64,000 nt of DNA from positions 73,852 to 137,851 of the forward strand of contig DBZK01000037.1 in the NCBI GenBank assembly GCA_002311135.1, read 5' to 3'. This document shows, in pieces, positions 1 through 10,200 of this stretch (its first letter is position 1; every line of letters begins with the position of its first letter). The notes under the pieces are model-generated. The model was not told the origin of the DNA. It saw only the letters and a program-made list of their open reading frames with translations, and did no database searches. Source of the DNA: Dehalococcoidia bacterium UBA1162 (GTDB lineage: Bacteria; Chloroflexota; Dehalococcoidia; GIF9; UBA5629). A program made the position numbers and the translations under genes.

Positions 1-698
1 TTGCGGATATCCCAGTTTACGCCGCTTCCGCGAAGTACAGGTCCGCTGGCGCCGATATTGATGGCGGTCTCTTTGGGCAGGATACCCACGCCCTTGGTGC
101 GGGCCAGAAATATCTCATTCTGCTTGATAAGCTGCTCGTATTCGCCGATGAATTTAGGCATCTCGGCCACAAACTTCTTGAGCGCCGGCATGAACTCTTC
201 GGGTACATCCTGGCTCACGCCGCCGACACGCATATAGTTGAAGAGCAGGCGCTGTCCGCAGGTCATTTCGCACAGGTCGACGATCTTCTCGCGCTCGCGC
301 CACATGTAGATCAAAGGTGTAGCCAGCGCGCCACAGTCATTCAAAAAAGCGCCGATGGCCAGGAAATGGTTGGCCAACCGCATCAGTTCCGAGAATATTA
401 CCCTCAGGTACTCGGCACGCTCAGGGACTTTGATGCCCGCCAGTTTTTCCACGGACAGGCAGTAGGCCAGGTTGTTGGTCATGGAGGCGACGTAGTCCAG
501 CCTGTCGGTCAGGGGGATAACCTGTGTATAGGTGCGGGTCTCGGCCAACTTTTCGATGCCCCTGTGGAGATAGCCGATGATCGGCTCGACATTGACGATG
601 ACCTCACCGTCCAGCTCCACCCTCAAGCGGAACACGCCGTGGGTCGACGGATGCTGCGGGCCGAGATTCAGATAAAACGGCTCAGTCTTGATAGGCAT
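1..698 (-). CDS. nuoD: NADH-quinone oxidoreductase subunit D, 5' part truncated by the window edge
   Basis: I translated the minus strand from the ATG at 698 and got MPIKTEPFYLNLGPQHPSTHGVFRLRVELDGEVI..., the canonical NuoD N-terminus, with no stop before position 1. It lies directly downstream of nuoC. It is absent from the provided ORF track. Confidence 0.8.
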   Translation of the reverse strand, partial: MPIKTEPFYLNLGPQHPSTHGVFRLRVELDGEVIVNVEPIIGYLHRGIEKLAETRTYTQVIPLTDRLDYVASMTNNLAYCLSVEKLAGIKVPERAEYLRVIFSELMRLANHFLAIGAFLNDCGALATPLIYMWREREKIVDLCEMTCGQRLLFNYMRVGGVSQDVPEEFMPALKKFVAEMPKFIGEYEQLIKQNEIFLARTKGVGILPKETAINIGASGPVLRGSGVNWDIR

Positions 699-699
699 C

Positions 700-1140
700 T
701 TATAGATAGTCCCTCCGCAGAGGATAGCCTTTAAACCCTTCCCATGTAAGCAGCCTTCTCAGGTCGGGATGGCCTTCGAACTTGATGCCGAACATGTCGA
801 ACATCTCCCTTTCCTGGAAATATGCCCCCCGCCAGAGTGAGACAATGGAGGGCACCGTGGGGTTCTCCCTATCGTAGCAGCGGGTTTTGAGTACCAGGCT
901 GTGGTTGTGCTCCATGGAAAGCAACCTGTAAACAAGCTCAAAATAGTCGATGTAGTCGACGGCGGTGGCGAAATTGAGGTAGTTGAAGTCCAGTCCCGGG
1001 GTGTTTTTCAGGAACTCGGCGACCTGCGCCAGCTTGGCGGCGTCCACCATCACGGACGTTTTGTCGCTGGAGATGACGGAGCCGGGAATAGCTTCCGCTA
1101 TCTTCTTTGCGAGGTCTTCACCGCTGGTTACGACTGTCAA
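700..1140 (-). CDS. nuoC: NADH-quinone oxidoreductase subunit C (30 kDa subunit)
   Basis: 146 aa ending ...[15 protein letters not shown]. Position is between nuoB and nuoD. Confidence 0.85.
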   Translation of the reverse strand: MTVVTSGEDLAKKIAEAIPGSVISSDKTSVMVDAAKLAQVAEFLKNTPGLDFNYLNFATAVDYIDYFELVYRLLSMEHNHSLVLKTRCYDRENPTVPSIVSLWRGAYFQEREMFDMFGIKFEGHPDLRRLLTWEGFKGYPLRRDYL

Positions 1141-1162
1141 CTTATAATATCCTGCTTCTTAT

Positions 1163-1768
1163 TTAGTGCTTGGATAACATGGGGTTATCCATGGTCCCCT
1201 TGATGATCTTGGCGTGCAGCCTGGTGATGCCGAAGATGACCGCCTCAGGCTTGGGGGGACAACCCGGTATATACACGTCCACCGGCATGATGCGGTTCAC
1301 TCCCGGTGTTACGCTGTAAGACTCGCGGAAGGTGCCGCCACTGATGGCACAGGCTCCCATGGCTACTACCCACTTGGGCTCGGCCATCTGGTCGTAGATC
1401 ATGCGGGTGGCCAGGGCCATCTTCCAGGTGATAGTGCCGGCGATGATCATGACATCAGCCTGCCTGGGAGAGAAACGTACCACGTCCATGCCGAAACGTG
1501 AGAGATCGAAGCGGGATACCGACATGGAGATCACTTCCATGCCGCAGCAGGCTGTGGCGAATAACATGGGGAATATGGAGCGCTGGCGTCCCCAAGCGAC
1601 GATGGTATCGGCTGTGGTTAAGAAGACGTTGCGATCGAGTACTTCATCGATCCACCTGTCGGGATCGGGTATGGCGCTGGTGCTTTCTGCGATGAGTTGG
1701 TTGATGGAGGCGCCCTCTACGGCGTCTGCTTCCTGGGGAGTATTTACCTCAGGCCTGACTATTTCCAC
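1163..1768 (-). CDS. nuoB: NADH-quinone oxidoreductase subunit B (20 kDa, Fe-S)
   Basis: 201 aa with CCGMEV and PGCPP cysteine motifs typical of NuoB/PSST. Confidence 0.9.
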   Translation of the reverse strand: MEIVRPEVNTPQEADAVEGASINQLIAESTSAIPDPDRWIDEVLDRNVFLTTADTIVAWGRQRSIFPMLFATACCGMEVISMSVSRFDLSRFGMDVVRFSPRQADVMIIAGTITWKMALATRMIYDQMAEPKWVVAMGACAISGGTFRESYSVTPGVNRIMPVDVYIPGCPPKPEAVIFGITRLHAKIIKGTMDNPMLSKH

Positions 1769-2130
1769 TGAAGGGCTCCCTTACGCCAGGCATAAATGTA
1801 TCCTACAGCCAGGATGACTAAAAATATACCCACCGCAACTAGCCCGCCGACACCTAAGTCTTTAATATTGACCGCCCAGGGATAAAGGAAGATGGTCAGC
1901 ATGTCCAGGAGGACGAAAAGGACCGCAAAATAATAGTAACGGAAATTGAACTGCACCCAGGTCTTGCCGATGGTCTGCATGCCGCACTCATACTGGACCA
2001 GCTTGGCAGCAGTTTTCTTGCCCGGTATCAGGCCCATTAGTTTGAAAAGCTTGGGCAAGAGGGGGATGAGTACGGTGAAACCTGTTGCAATCAGCAGGAA
2101 GATTCCGACATAACCAAACTGTTCGAGCAC
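1759..2130 (-). CDS. nuoA: NADH-quinone oxidoreductase subunit A
   Basis: 123 aa polytopic membrane protein immediately upstream of nuoB in the same orientation, overlapping it by 10 nt. Confidence 0.8.
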   Translation of the reverse strand: MLEQFGYVGIFLLIATGFTVLIPLLPKLFKLMGLIPGKKTAAKLVQYECGMQTIGKTWVQFNFRYYYFAVLFVLLDMLTIFLYPWAVNIKDLGVGGLVAVGIFLVILAVGYIYAWRKGALQWK

Positions 2131-2210
2131 GTGTTAAATCTCTCCCTTTTCAAAGCTGTTGGTTAGTATATTACAACTCGCAAAACGATGTCAAAATCAA
2201 TTTTGCTAGC

Positions 2211-2238
2211 TTGACTTACGATTGATATTGAGTATTAT
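2211..2238 (+). promoter_or_regulatory. candidate sigma70 promoter TTGACT-N16-TATTAT for rsmD-coaD
   Basis: Hexamers read directly in the divergent intergenic region between nuoA and rsmD. Confidence 0.3.
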
Positions 2239-2292
2239 AATTAGTGCTCGAATTATTATTTCATCGGGAAATGCGGTTCAACATCAGCCAAA

Positions 2293-2847
2293 ATGCGTAT
2301 TACAGGCGGCTCTGCTAAAGGGCAAATAATTAAGACACTGCCAGGCCTCCTGGTGAGGCCGACTACTGACAAAGTTAGGGAGGCAGTATTCTCCATGCTC
2401 GGCTCTCTGGCAAGCAACTGGGAGAGAGGCCTTGACCTGTTTGCAGGCAGCGGCGCCTTGGGCCTCGAGGCCCTCAGCCGTGACGTAAAATGGATCGATT
2501 TCGTCGACCAGAATAACAGGTGCTGCCAGATCATCAAGCAGAATTTGAAGAAAACGGGATTTATTGATCAATCTCATGTATACTGTTGCCCGGTTATGAA
2601 AGCGCTGGGTTTCCTGGAGAGCAAATACGACATGATATTTTTGGACCCGCCCTACGCCGATACTTCGCTGGGCAGTGTGATTACGGGCATATCGCAATCC
2701 AGCCTGATAAACGGGGACTCGATAATACTGGTATCCCACGCCGCGCGTTCCGCTCTTAGCGACCGCTACGACAGCCTGCTCAAGATCAAGGAAAAGCGCT
2801 ATGGCGACACCGGCATTTCAATATACCAGAAGGAGGTCGCAGCTTGA
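2293..2847 (+). CDS. rsmD: 16S rRNA (guanine966-N2)-methyltransferase RsmD
   Basis: 184 aa with a DLFAGSGALGLEAL SAM motif and a DPPY motif. It overlaps coaD by 4 nt, the conserved rsmD-coaD pairing. Confidence 0.8.
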   Translation: MRITGGSAKGQIIKTLPGLLVRPTTDKVREAVFSMLGSLASNWERGLDLFAGSGALGLEALSRDVKWIDFVDQNNRCCQIIKQNLKKTGFIDQSHVYCCPVMKALGFLESKYDMIFLDPPYADTSLGSVITGISQSSLINGDSIILVSHAARSALSDRYDSLLKIKEKRYGDTGISIYQKEVAA

Positions 2848-3323
2848 CTACCGCTTTATATCCCGGCAGCTTTGACCCTATCACCAACGGACACCTGGAT
2901 ATCATAAAAAGGGCATCATCCATATTCGACCATGTGGTGATCGGAGTTTACGACATACCGCTTAAATCGCTGCTCTTCACTATCGACGAGAGGGTGGACC
3001 TGGCCAGGAAAGCAGTGGTGGACTTTAAAAACGTTGAAGTCAGGGCTTACTCAGGCATGACGGTGGAGTTTGCCCGCCAGGTGAAAGCCAAGGTGCTGGT
3101 GCGCGGGCTGAGGGCCAGCTCAGATTTTGAGCGCGAGTTCGAGATGGCACTGATGAATAAAAAGCTGGCTCCCGACGTTGAACTGATGTGCTTCATGGCC
3201 AACTTGAGGTATCAATTCTTAAGCTCAAGCCTGCTTAAAGAAATAATCAAGCTGGGCGGCAACCTGGACGACATGGTGCCGGCTCACGTTTGCGTGGCCC
3301 TGAAAAAGAAGCTGTTAACTTAA
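2844..3323 (+). CDS. coaD: phosphopantetheine adenylyltransferase
   Basis: LYPGSFDPITNGHLDII nucleotidyltransferase motif; 159 aa. Confidence 0.9.
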   Translation: MTTALYPGSFDPITNGHLDIIKRASSIFDHVVIGVYDIPLKSLLFTIDERVDLARKAVVDFKNVEVRAYSGMTVEFARQVKAKVLVRGLRASSDFEREFEMALMNKKLAPDVELMCFMANLRYQFLSSSLLKEIIKLGGNLDDMVPAHVCVALKKKLLT

Positions 3324-3387
3324 TTATATAAACAGGTTTTTACTTTATATAATATTCATAATATTAATTTCGGAGGTTTGAACAGAG

Positions 3388-3648
3388 ATGGCTTACAAAA
3401 TTACAGATGATTGTATCAGCTGCGGCGCCTGTGAGGCCGAATGCAAAAATGAAGCCATAAAAGAGGGCGAAACCATATACATGATCGACCCGGCCAAATG
3501 CACCGAGTGCGTCGGCTGGTTTGATAAACCTAAATGCGTTGAGGTTTGCCCGGTTGACTGCTGCGTACTCGATCCCGTACACAAGGAATCCAAGGACCAG
3601 CTCCTGGAGAAATGGAAGAAGCTGCATCCAGGCAAAACCCCTGCCTGA
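3388..3648 (+). CDS. 4Fe-4S ferredoxin (YfhL-like)
   Basis: Two Cys clusters, [11 protein letters not shown] and CTEC...CPVDC; 86 aa. Confidence 0.8.
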   Translation: MAYKITDDCISCGACEAECKNEAIKEGETIYMIDPAKCTECVGWFDKPKCVEVCPVDCCVLDPVHKESKDQLLEKWKKLHPGKTPA

Positions 3649-3683
3649 TTTCTTCAATAGTCCAGGCTAAGAGAACTTAATAG

Positions 3684-4400
3684 ATGCTGACCATTGACCA
3701 TGATCTTTTACAGATCACCGGTAGTGAATTCATTCTGGACGCGGGCTGCGGCAACGGGCGCCATATATGGCAGGCCTCCAAGGTCAATAAGGGGACCTCA
3801 GTTGCCTTCGACCTCGACATGGAGAGCCTGCAGAGGGCCAAATTCATGCTCGACCAGATGGATGAGAAGGCTGAGACAGCCGGCTCCTGGCACATGGTCT
3901 CCGGCAGCATCCTCAGCCTCCCCTTCGAGGATGCCCAATTCGATAAAGTCATATGCTCCGAAGTATTGGAGCATATACCCGATGATACGGCAGCCGTGGC
4001 TGAATTAACCCGCGTTTTGAAGCCGGGCGGCCTGCTGGCCGTGAGCGTGCCGTCCTATTTTGCCGAGTCCATCTGCTGGCGGATTTCGGACGATTACCAC
4101 AATACCCCGGGCGGCCACATACGGATCTATAAATACCAGGAAATACAGGACCTGCTGAAAAAATTCGACCTGACTATCTTTGCCGTCCGGTACAAGCATG
4201 CCCTGCATTCGGTCTGGTGGTGGTCCAAGGGCATCTTCGGACTTAAAAATGAGAAGGCCCTTATCCCATCCCTGTACTACAAATTCCTGGTGTGGGATAT
4301 TTACACGGGCCACAAGTATACAAAGTGGCTGGAAGCCGGTTTGAACCGCATCTTTCCCAAGAGCACAGTGCTCTACTGCCGCAAGCCCGAAGCCGCCTGA
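3684..4400 (+). CDS. class I SAM-dependent methyltransferase
   Basis: ILDAGCGNGRH glycine-rich SAM loop and VLEHIPDD (Methyltransf_11-like). Confidence 0.7.
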   Translation: MLTIDHDLLQITGSEFILDAGCGNGRHIWQASKVNKGTSVAFDLDMESLQRAKFMLDQMDEKAETAGSWHMVSGSILSLPFEDAQFDKVICSEVLEHIPDDTAAVAELTRVLKPGGLLAVSVPSYFAESICWRISDDYHNTPGGHIRIYKYQEIQDLLKKFDLTIFAVRYKHALHSVWWWSKGIFGLKNEKALIPSLYYKFLVWDIYTGHKYTKWLEAGLNRIFPKSTVLYCRKPEAA

Positions 4401-5201
4401 CTATTTGGCGCCCAGGCTTTTAGCCTTGTTGTAGGCGGCCGCCACCGCATTTATCATCAGAGACCGTAATCCACCGCTTTCAAGCTGCAGAAGCGCGTCG
4501 GTGGTTGTGCCGCCCGGCGAAGTGACCATATTCTTGAGCTCGGCCGGGTGTTTGGCCATCTTTTTCATAATCTCAGCCGACCCGAGGATAGTCTCGATAA
4601 CGAGCTTGGTGGCTACATTGCGGGGCAGGCCGATGTGCACTCCGGCATCGATCATGGCTTCGATAAATAAAAATACATAGGCCGGGCCGCTCCCGCTGAT
4701 GGCCGTCGCCATGTCGATATACTTCTCATCGGCAAAATATTGCTCTTCGCCCATGGCCGCTAAGATGGACACAGCAATCTCACGGTCTTTATTGCTGAGG
4801 TCCTTGGCGGAAGTCCAGGCAGTCATGCCTTTGCCGACCTGCGCGGGCGTGTTGGGCATCGCCCGTACAACCTTATAATAATTAAGCTTTGAACAGATGC
4901 CATCCAGGCTTATCCCGGCTGCGATTGAGATAACCAACTGGGACTTCAGGCGACCGGCCAGTTGACCGAGTAAAATGGGGAAGTCCTGGGGTTTGATGGC
5001 CAGTACGATCACATCTGCGCCTTTAACAGCGGCCAAGTTATCTTCAGTTACCTTCACTTTATACCTGGTACTGAGCACATCACGGCGGGACTTCGCTACA
5101 TCACTGATAACGATATCCTCCCGGCCGGCCAATTTTTTACGCAGTATGCTTTTAACGATGGCCTCGCCCATGGTGCCGCCGCCCAGTACAGCTATCTTCA
5201 T
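4401..5201 (-). CDS. proC: pyrroline-5-carboxylate reductase
   Basis: MKIAVLGGGTMGEAI Rossmann N-terminus and P5CR C-terminal dimerisation region; 266 aa. Confidence 0.85.
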   Translation of the reverse strand: MKIAVLGGGTMGEAIVKSILRKKLAGREDIVISDVAKSRRDVLSTRYKVKVTEDNLAAVKGADVIVLAIKPQDFPILLGQLAGRLKSQLVISIAAGISLDGICSKLNYYKVVRAMPNTPAQVGKGMTAWTSAKDLSNKDREIAVSILAAMGEEQYFADEKYIDMATAISGSGPAYVFLFIEAMIDAGVHIGLPRNVATKLVIETILGSAEIMKKMAKHPAELKNMVTSPGGTTTDALLQLESGGLRSLMINAVAAAYNKAKSLGAK

Positions 5202-5204
5202 GCT

Positions 5205-5897
5205 CTAACTCCTTTCACCGAATATTGCCCTGCCGATGCGTATCATGGTAGCCCCCTCTTCGACAGCCACCTCGAAATCATCGGTCATGCCCATAGAAAG
5301 CTCTTTAAACCCGAACTGTTCATTCAAATCTCGCAGCTTGCGAAATATGGGCCGCACGTTTTCAGGATCATCCACTGCCGGAGCAATGGTCATAAGCCCT
5401 AAAACCTCAAGGTTCTGCAATTCCCTGATGGATTTGACGTTGGCATCGAGGTTTTCAACGGGAAAACCGTATTTAGTTTCCTCCTCCGCGATATTGACCT
5501 GAATCAAAACCGGCAACTTTTTTGCCGCATTCTCGTTCAACATGTTCGCCAGGCGCAGCGAGTCCACACTCTGTATTATGTCTACCGTTTTTACGGCCTC
5601 TTTAACCTTATTGGTCTGTAAATGCCCTATGAAATGCAATGTCAGTTGCGTCCGCATGTCGCCCAGTTCAGCATACTTGGACTGAGCTTCCTGCACCCTG
5701 TTTTCCCCGAAATGCTTGAGGCCGCACTGGAGCGCCATGCGCACGGCCTCCGCTGGGAAATTCTTGCTGACAGCTATAACCTTAACAGTTGATAAATACC
5801 TGCAGCCCCGCTCACAGGCAAGGGCCAGGCGCCGCTGCACTTTTTCAATATTGGCAGCTATACTCCGGCGCAGATCATCGGCTTCAGACTTGTCCAC
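5205..5897 (-). CDS. yggS: YggS-family PLP homeostasis protein
   Basis: 230 aa alanine-racemase-N-fold protein with a [10 protein letters not shown]-type motif, adjacent to proC as commonly seen. Confidence 0.8.
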   Translation of the reverse strand: MDKSEADDLRRSIAANIEKVQRRLALACERGCRYLSTVKVIAVSKNFPAEAVRMALQCGLKHFGENRVQEAQSKYAELGDMRTQLTLHFIGHLQTNKVKEAVKTVDIIQSVDSLRLANMLNENAAKKLPVLIQVNIAEEETKYGFPVENLDANVKSIRELQNLEVLGLMTIAPAVDDPENVRPIFRKLRDLNEQFGFKELSMGMTDDFEVAVEEGATMIRIGRAIFGERS

Positions 5898-5911
5898 TTC
5901 GCAGCCACAGT

Positions 5912-7141
5912 CTATTCGTATATTTTTTCTTCGTCTGCGCCTGCTTCCTGCGCATCCTCCTCGACATTACGCACCTTCTCGGTCGGTTTCAGCGTTTCAC
6001 GGTAGTACTCATGCTGGATAATTAAATCCATTATTTCACTGGTGCCAGTCCATATAATGAGAAGCCTGGCATCGCGCAACATTTTCTCAATGGGGTACAC
6101 GTTGGTGTAGCCGATGCCGCCTACTACCTGCATGGCATTGTTGATTACCTCCCAGGCAGATTCGGTTCCGAATTTCTTGGCCTCTGACACGAGCCTTCTG
6201 GTATATCCTGTGCTTCCCAGCGAGTCGACTGCAGCAGCGGCGCCGTATACCAGCATCCTGGCTGCATCGAGCTTGGTTATGCTGTCGGCTACTTTGAAGC
6301 TTACTGCTTCGAACTCACGGATCTTGCGGCCGAAGGCCTTTCTCTTGTCTGTATATCTGGCGGCAACCTCGAGGGCCGCCCTGGCCATGCCGATAGCGCC
6401 CGCAGCGGAGGTCATGCGTTCCGGAATCATCATCTGGTTGAATACGTCGGCGCCCCTATTCAACCCCAGTACCAGATTTTCCTTCGGCACCTTGGTATCT
6501 TTGAAGACCAATCTGCCGGCGCCCCCACCCCGGGTGCCGAGCAAGCCGTAAATATATTTGGCTTCAACGCCCATGTCCCTTTCGACAATGAGTGCGCTGA
6601 TGTTCTTGCCTGCCGAGCCCTCGGTCCTGGCATAGACCAGGAATATATCGGCCCCTTCAGCTCCAACCACAAACCTTTTCTGGCCGTTCAAAATAAAATA
6701 ATCGCCCTTCTCCACAGCGGTGGTAGTAGCGCCGAAGAAATCTGAACCGCCCCTGGGCTCCGTCAAGGCTTCAGCACAGAATATCTTGCCCTTGAGCAAA
6801 GGCTCCAGATACTGGCGCTTTTGCTTGTCCGTGCCGAACACGTTGAGCGACTCGCCCACGATGCTGACTAAAGAGAACAGGCAGCCCAGGGACATGCCGA
6901 GCACGCCGATTTCCTCCAGCGCTATGGCTTCATCCACCCATTTCAATCCCCCTCCGCCGTATTCGGTGGAAAAACGCAGCCCTAGAAGTTTCTTCTTGGC
7001 GAGGCCGACAACATAGTCACGGGGGTACCGGACCTTATCGGCGTCCATATCCAGCAATAGCTGTTTGGGCACCGATTTTACATATTGCCTGACTTCGTCC
7101 CGCAGGGATCGTTGTTTATCCGTCATCAATGGTTCAAGCAT
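5912..7141 (-). CDS. acyl-CoA dehydrogenase family protein
   Basis: 409 aa with three ACAD-domain signatures (the GxxEIxxGS-like loop, FGxxI, and a C-terminal helical domain). Confidence 0.8.
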   Translation of the reverse strand: MLEPLMTDKQRSLRDEVRQYVKSVPKQLLLDMDADKVRYPRDYVVGLAKKKLLGLRFSTEYGGGGLKWVDEAIALEEIGVLGMSLGCLFSLVSIVGESLNVFGTDKQKRQYLEPLLKGKIFCAEALTEPRGGSDFFGATTTAVEKGDYFILNGQKRFVVGAEGADIFLVYARTEGSAGKNISALIVERDMGVEAKYIYGLLGTRGGGAGRLVFKDTKVPKENLVLGLNRGADVFNQMMIPERMTSAAGAIGMARAALEVAARYTDKRKAFGRKIREFEAVSFKVADSITKLDAARMLVYGAAAAVDSLGSTGYTRRLVSEAKKFGTESAWEVINNAMQVVGGIGYTNVYPIEKMLRDARLLIIWTGTSEIMDLIIQHEYYRETLKPTEKVRNVEEDAQEAGADEEKIYE

Positions 7142-7197
7142 GTTTGCACCTCGCTCTCTTACTAGGCTTAATATCGCTTAAATAATACAATGCGGCG

Positions 7198-9687
7198 CTA
7201 TTTTAATACGATGTTTAGCAGCCTGCCGGGGACATAAATAATTTTGAGGATATCCTTACCGGATGTATAGGATTTGATGCGCTCCTGCTCAAAGGCTGTC
7301 TTTTTAGCTTCGTCTTCGGTAATTGATACGGGAACCGTCAGCTTATCCCGAACCTTGCCGTTTATCTGTACCACCAGGGTTACTTCCTCATCGGAAGCCA
7401 GTTCAGGGTCCCATCCCGGCCATTTCTGCTTATGTATGCTGTAGGGAAGCCCGAGATTGGCCCACAGCTCTTCCGTCATATGCGGCGCTGAGGGAGCAAT
7501 CAAAATAAGCAAATTTTTAATAGCCTCGTCCCAGGTCTCCTTGGAGACGGAGCCTGCCTCCAAAACCTTATTCAATAAGTTGGAGTATTCCATGAGCGCC
7601 GCCAGCATGGTATTGAAGCGGAAGCGTTCCATGTCCTCCGAAGTCTTCTTAATCGTCTTGTGCATAACACGTTTACACTCTTTTTCGCTTTCAGCGTCCA
7701 CGTTTTTCACGGCATAGCCCGATGAGGCCAGGTTCCATATCCTGCTCAGCCAGCGGCTCATGCCCACAATCCCGTTGTCGTTCCATTCACCACCCTGCTC
7801 CCAGGGACCCACGAACATCAGGTAAACACGTACGGCATCGGCGCCCATGTCGGATACATAATCGTCCGGCGTGACCACGTTACCTTTGGACTTGCTCATT
7901 TTCTCCCCCTGGAAGACTATGATGCCCTGGTTAAAAAGCCTGGTAAAAGGCTCGTCGAAATCGACCAGGCCGATATCGCGAATGGCCTTGATAAAGAAGC
8001 GTGCATATAGCAGGTGCATGGTGGCATGCTCTGCTCCGCCCGTATACAGATCGACGGGCATCCAGTATTTCAGCTTGCTTTTTTCGAAGGGGAATTTATC
8101 GTAGCCGGGGCTGGTGTACCTGAGAAAGTACCATGAGGAGCACATGAATGTGTCCATGGTATCTGTTTCCCTTTTGGCGGGGCCTCCGCATTGGGGGCAG
8201 GTGGTATTTACGAACGATTCGCAGTACTTAAGCGGCGATTCGCCGGTGGGCCTGAATTCCACATTGGGCGGCAGTAGAACCGGAAGGTCCTTTTCGGGTA
8301 CGGGTACGATGCCGCACTTGGGGCAATATATCATCGGGATGGGGGCGCCCCAGTATCTCTGACGTGATATCAGCCAGTCACGCAGACGGTAAGTGATGGT
8401 CTTTCCACCCCAACCTTTGATGGACAAGTAATCGCAGATCGCCGATTTCATCTTTTCGTTGTCCAGGCCGTCGAACTGCTTGGAAGAATTGACCATCTTT
8501 CCGCCTTCAATGTGGGCCGCTTCAAGGTCCTTGCCATCCCAATCATAAGGGGCCACAACGATCCTGATTGGGATGCCGTATTTCTTGGCAAAATCGAAGT
8601 CCCTCTGATCGTGCGCCGGCACGCCCATGACTGCTCCAGTGCCGTATTGCGGAAGCACATAATCTGCGATCCAGATGGGGACCTTTTCACTGTTAACGCG
8701 ATTGATCACATAGCTGCCCAGGAATACGCCCGTTTTCTCGGTCTCTGCCGCTGTCCTTTCGAACTCGGTCTGTCTCTGGGCATTGCGTATATACTCCTCG
8801 ACCTCGGCTTTTCTGTCCGGGGTGGTAAGGGCGGGTACCAGCGGATGCTCCGGCGCAAGCACAAAGAAGGTGACGCCGAACAGTGTGTCAGGCCGGGTGG
8901 TAAAAACCCTGATCTCCTTCTCATCAATGCCTGGATGTTCCAGGCCGAATGAGATATCGGCGCCGTGGCTCTTACCGATCCAGTTGGTTTGCATGATGCG
9001 GATGCGCTCAGGCCAATCCATGTTTTTGTATTCGAGCAACTCATCGGCATATTTTGTGATTCGGAAGAACCATTGCTCGAGCTGCTTTTTCTCTGCAATA
9101 CTGTCGCAGCGCCAGCAAACACCGTTCACTACCTGCTCATTGGCCAGCACCGTCTGGCATTTGGGGCACCAGTTGACCGCCGCCCTGCCCCGATAGGCCA
9201 GACCGGCCTCATAAAGCTTCAAGAAAAACCATTCGGTCCATTTATAGTATTCGGGCAGGCAGGTAATGACTTCACGGCTCCAATCATAAATAGCGCCGAT
9301 GGTCCGTAGCTGGCGGCGCATATTCTCAACATTTTTGATAGTCCAGTCGGCCGGATTTACCCCCGTGGCTATAGCCTTATTCTCAGCCGGCAATCCGAAA
9401 GCATCGAAACCCACAGGATGAAGAACGTTATATCCCTGCATACTCTTATATCTGGCGTACACATCCGAAGGCGCCATGGCATACCAGTGTCCTATATGCA
9501 GATCTCCAGAAGTGTAGGGAAACATGGTCAGGGCATAAAACTTCGGCCTCGGGTCATTCTCCTTGACTTCGTATAGATGGTCCGCCGCCCATTTATCCTG
9601 CCATTTCCTCTCTATTTCCTGTGGATTATATTTACTCGAAGCTTTCATAATAGTGAAAATTTTAACTTCAGAACCCTCTACCGTCAA
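7198..9687 (-). CDS. leuS: leucyl-tRNA synthetase
   Basis: 829 aa with HIGH (SGDLHIGHWY) and KMSKS (GEKMSKSKGN) motifs and an editing-domain insertion. Confidence 0.95.
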   Translation of the reverse strand: MTVEGSEVKIFTIMKASSKYNPQEIERKWQDKWAADHLYEVKENDPRPKFYALTMFPYTSGDLHIGHWYAMAPSDVYARYKSMQGYNVLHPVGFDAFGLPAENKAIATGVNPADWTIKNVENMRRQLRTIGAIYDWSREVITCLPEYYKWTEWFFLKLYEAGLAYRGRAAVNWCPKCQTVLANEQVVNGVCWRCDSIAEKKQLEQWFFRITKYADELLEYKNMDWPERIRIMQTNWIGKSHGADISFGLEHPGIDEKEIRVFTTRPDTLFGVTFFVLAPEHPLVPALTTPDRKAEVEEYIRNAQRQTEFERTAAETEKTGVFLGSYVINRVNSEKVPIWIADYVLPQYGTGAVMGVPAHDQRDFDFAKKYGIPIRIVVAPYDWDGKDLEAAHIEGGKMVNSSKQFDGLDNEKMKSAICDYLSIKGWGGKTITYRLRDWLISRQRYWGAPIPMIYCPKCGIVPVPEKDLPVLLPPNVEFRPTGESPLKYCESFVNTTCPQCGGPAKRETDTMDTFMCSSWYFLRYTSPGYDKFPFEKSKLKYWMPVDLYTGGAEHATMHLLYARFFIKAIRDIGLVDFDEPFTRLFNQGIIVFQGEKMSKSKGNVVTPDDYVSDMGADAVRVYLMFVGPWEQGGEWNDNGIVGMSRWLSRIWNLASSGYAVKNVDAESEKECKRVMHKTIKKTSEDMERFRFNTMLAALMEYSNLLNKVLEAGSVSKETWDEAIKNLLILIAPSAPHMTEELWANLGLPYSIHKQKWPGWDPELASDEEVTLVVQINGKVRDKLTVPVSITEDEAKKTAFEQERIKSYTSGKDILKIIYVPGRLLNIVLK

Positions 9688-9772
9688 TATTCACTGGTGT
9701 AATAGAAGTGGAAATGTTATGCGAGCGAAAAATTGCTATCATGGTCTCGTAGGGCCCTTTTCGAGATAAGTC

Positions 9773-10150
9773 ATGCAGCGAGAGAAATTTGAGGAACTGG
9801 TCCTGGACGCCATATCCAACATGCCCGCGGAATTCAAAGAGCTGCTGGAAAATATCGATATAATCGTTGAAGACTGGCCTAGCAACACTCAGATTAAAAA
9901 GCTGGGATTGAAAAACAAATATGAACTTCTGGGTTTGTACGAAGGAATTCCGCGGACCAGAAGGGACCACAGCTACAACCTGGCGCTGCCGGATAAAATA
10001 ACGATATTCCAAAAACCTCTTGAGGCGGATTGCTCTTCAGAGCAGGACTTGAAAAAGGAGATCATCAGAACAGTGAAGCATGAGATCGCTCACTACTTCG
10101 GTCTGGACGATGACCGGCTGGAAGAAATCGAAAACGGCGGTGATACCTAA
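9773..10150 (+). CDS. small zincin-like metallopeptidase family protein (Zincin_1/DUF1025-like)
   Basis: 125 aa with a C-terminal HEIAHYFGL (HExxH) motif. Confidence 0.6.
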   Translation: MQREKFEELVLDAISNMPAEFKELLENIDIIVEDWPSNTQIKKLGLKNKYELLGLYEGIPRTRRDHSYNLALPDKITIFQKPLEADCSSEQDLKKEIIRTVKHEIAHYFGLDDDRLEEIENGGDT

Positions 10151-10200
10151 TTACTATTGATTTACATTTAATTTTAGAGTAGAGTATTACAAAAGGTTAC

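Noticed and set aside
1-734. Plus-strand ORFs 1..237 and 366..734 from the track
   Set aside because: They are antisense to a clear nuoD reading frame on the minus strand (translated by hand, canonical NuoD N-terminus). They have no motifs and a compositionally biased sequence.
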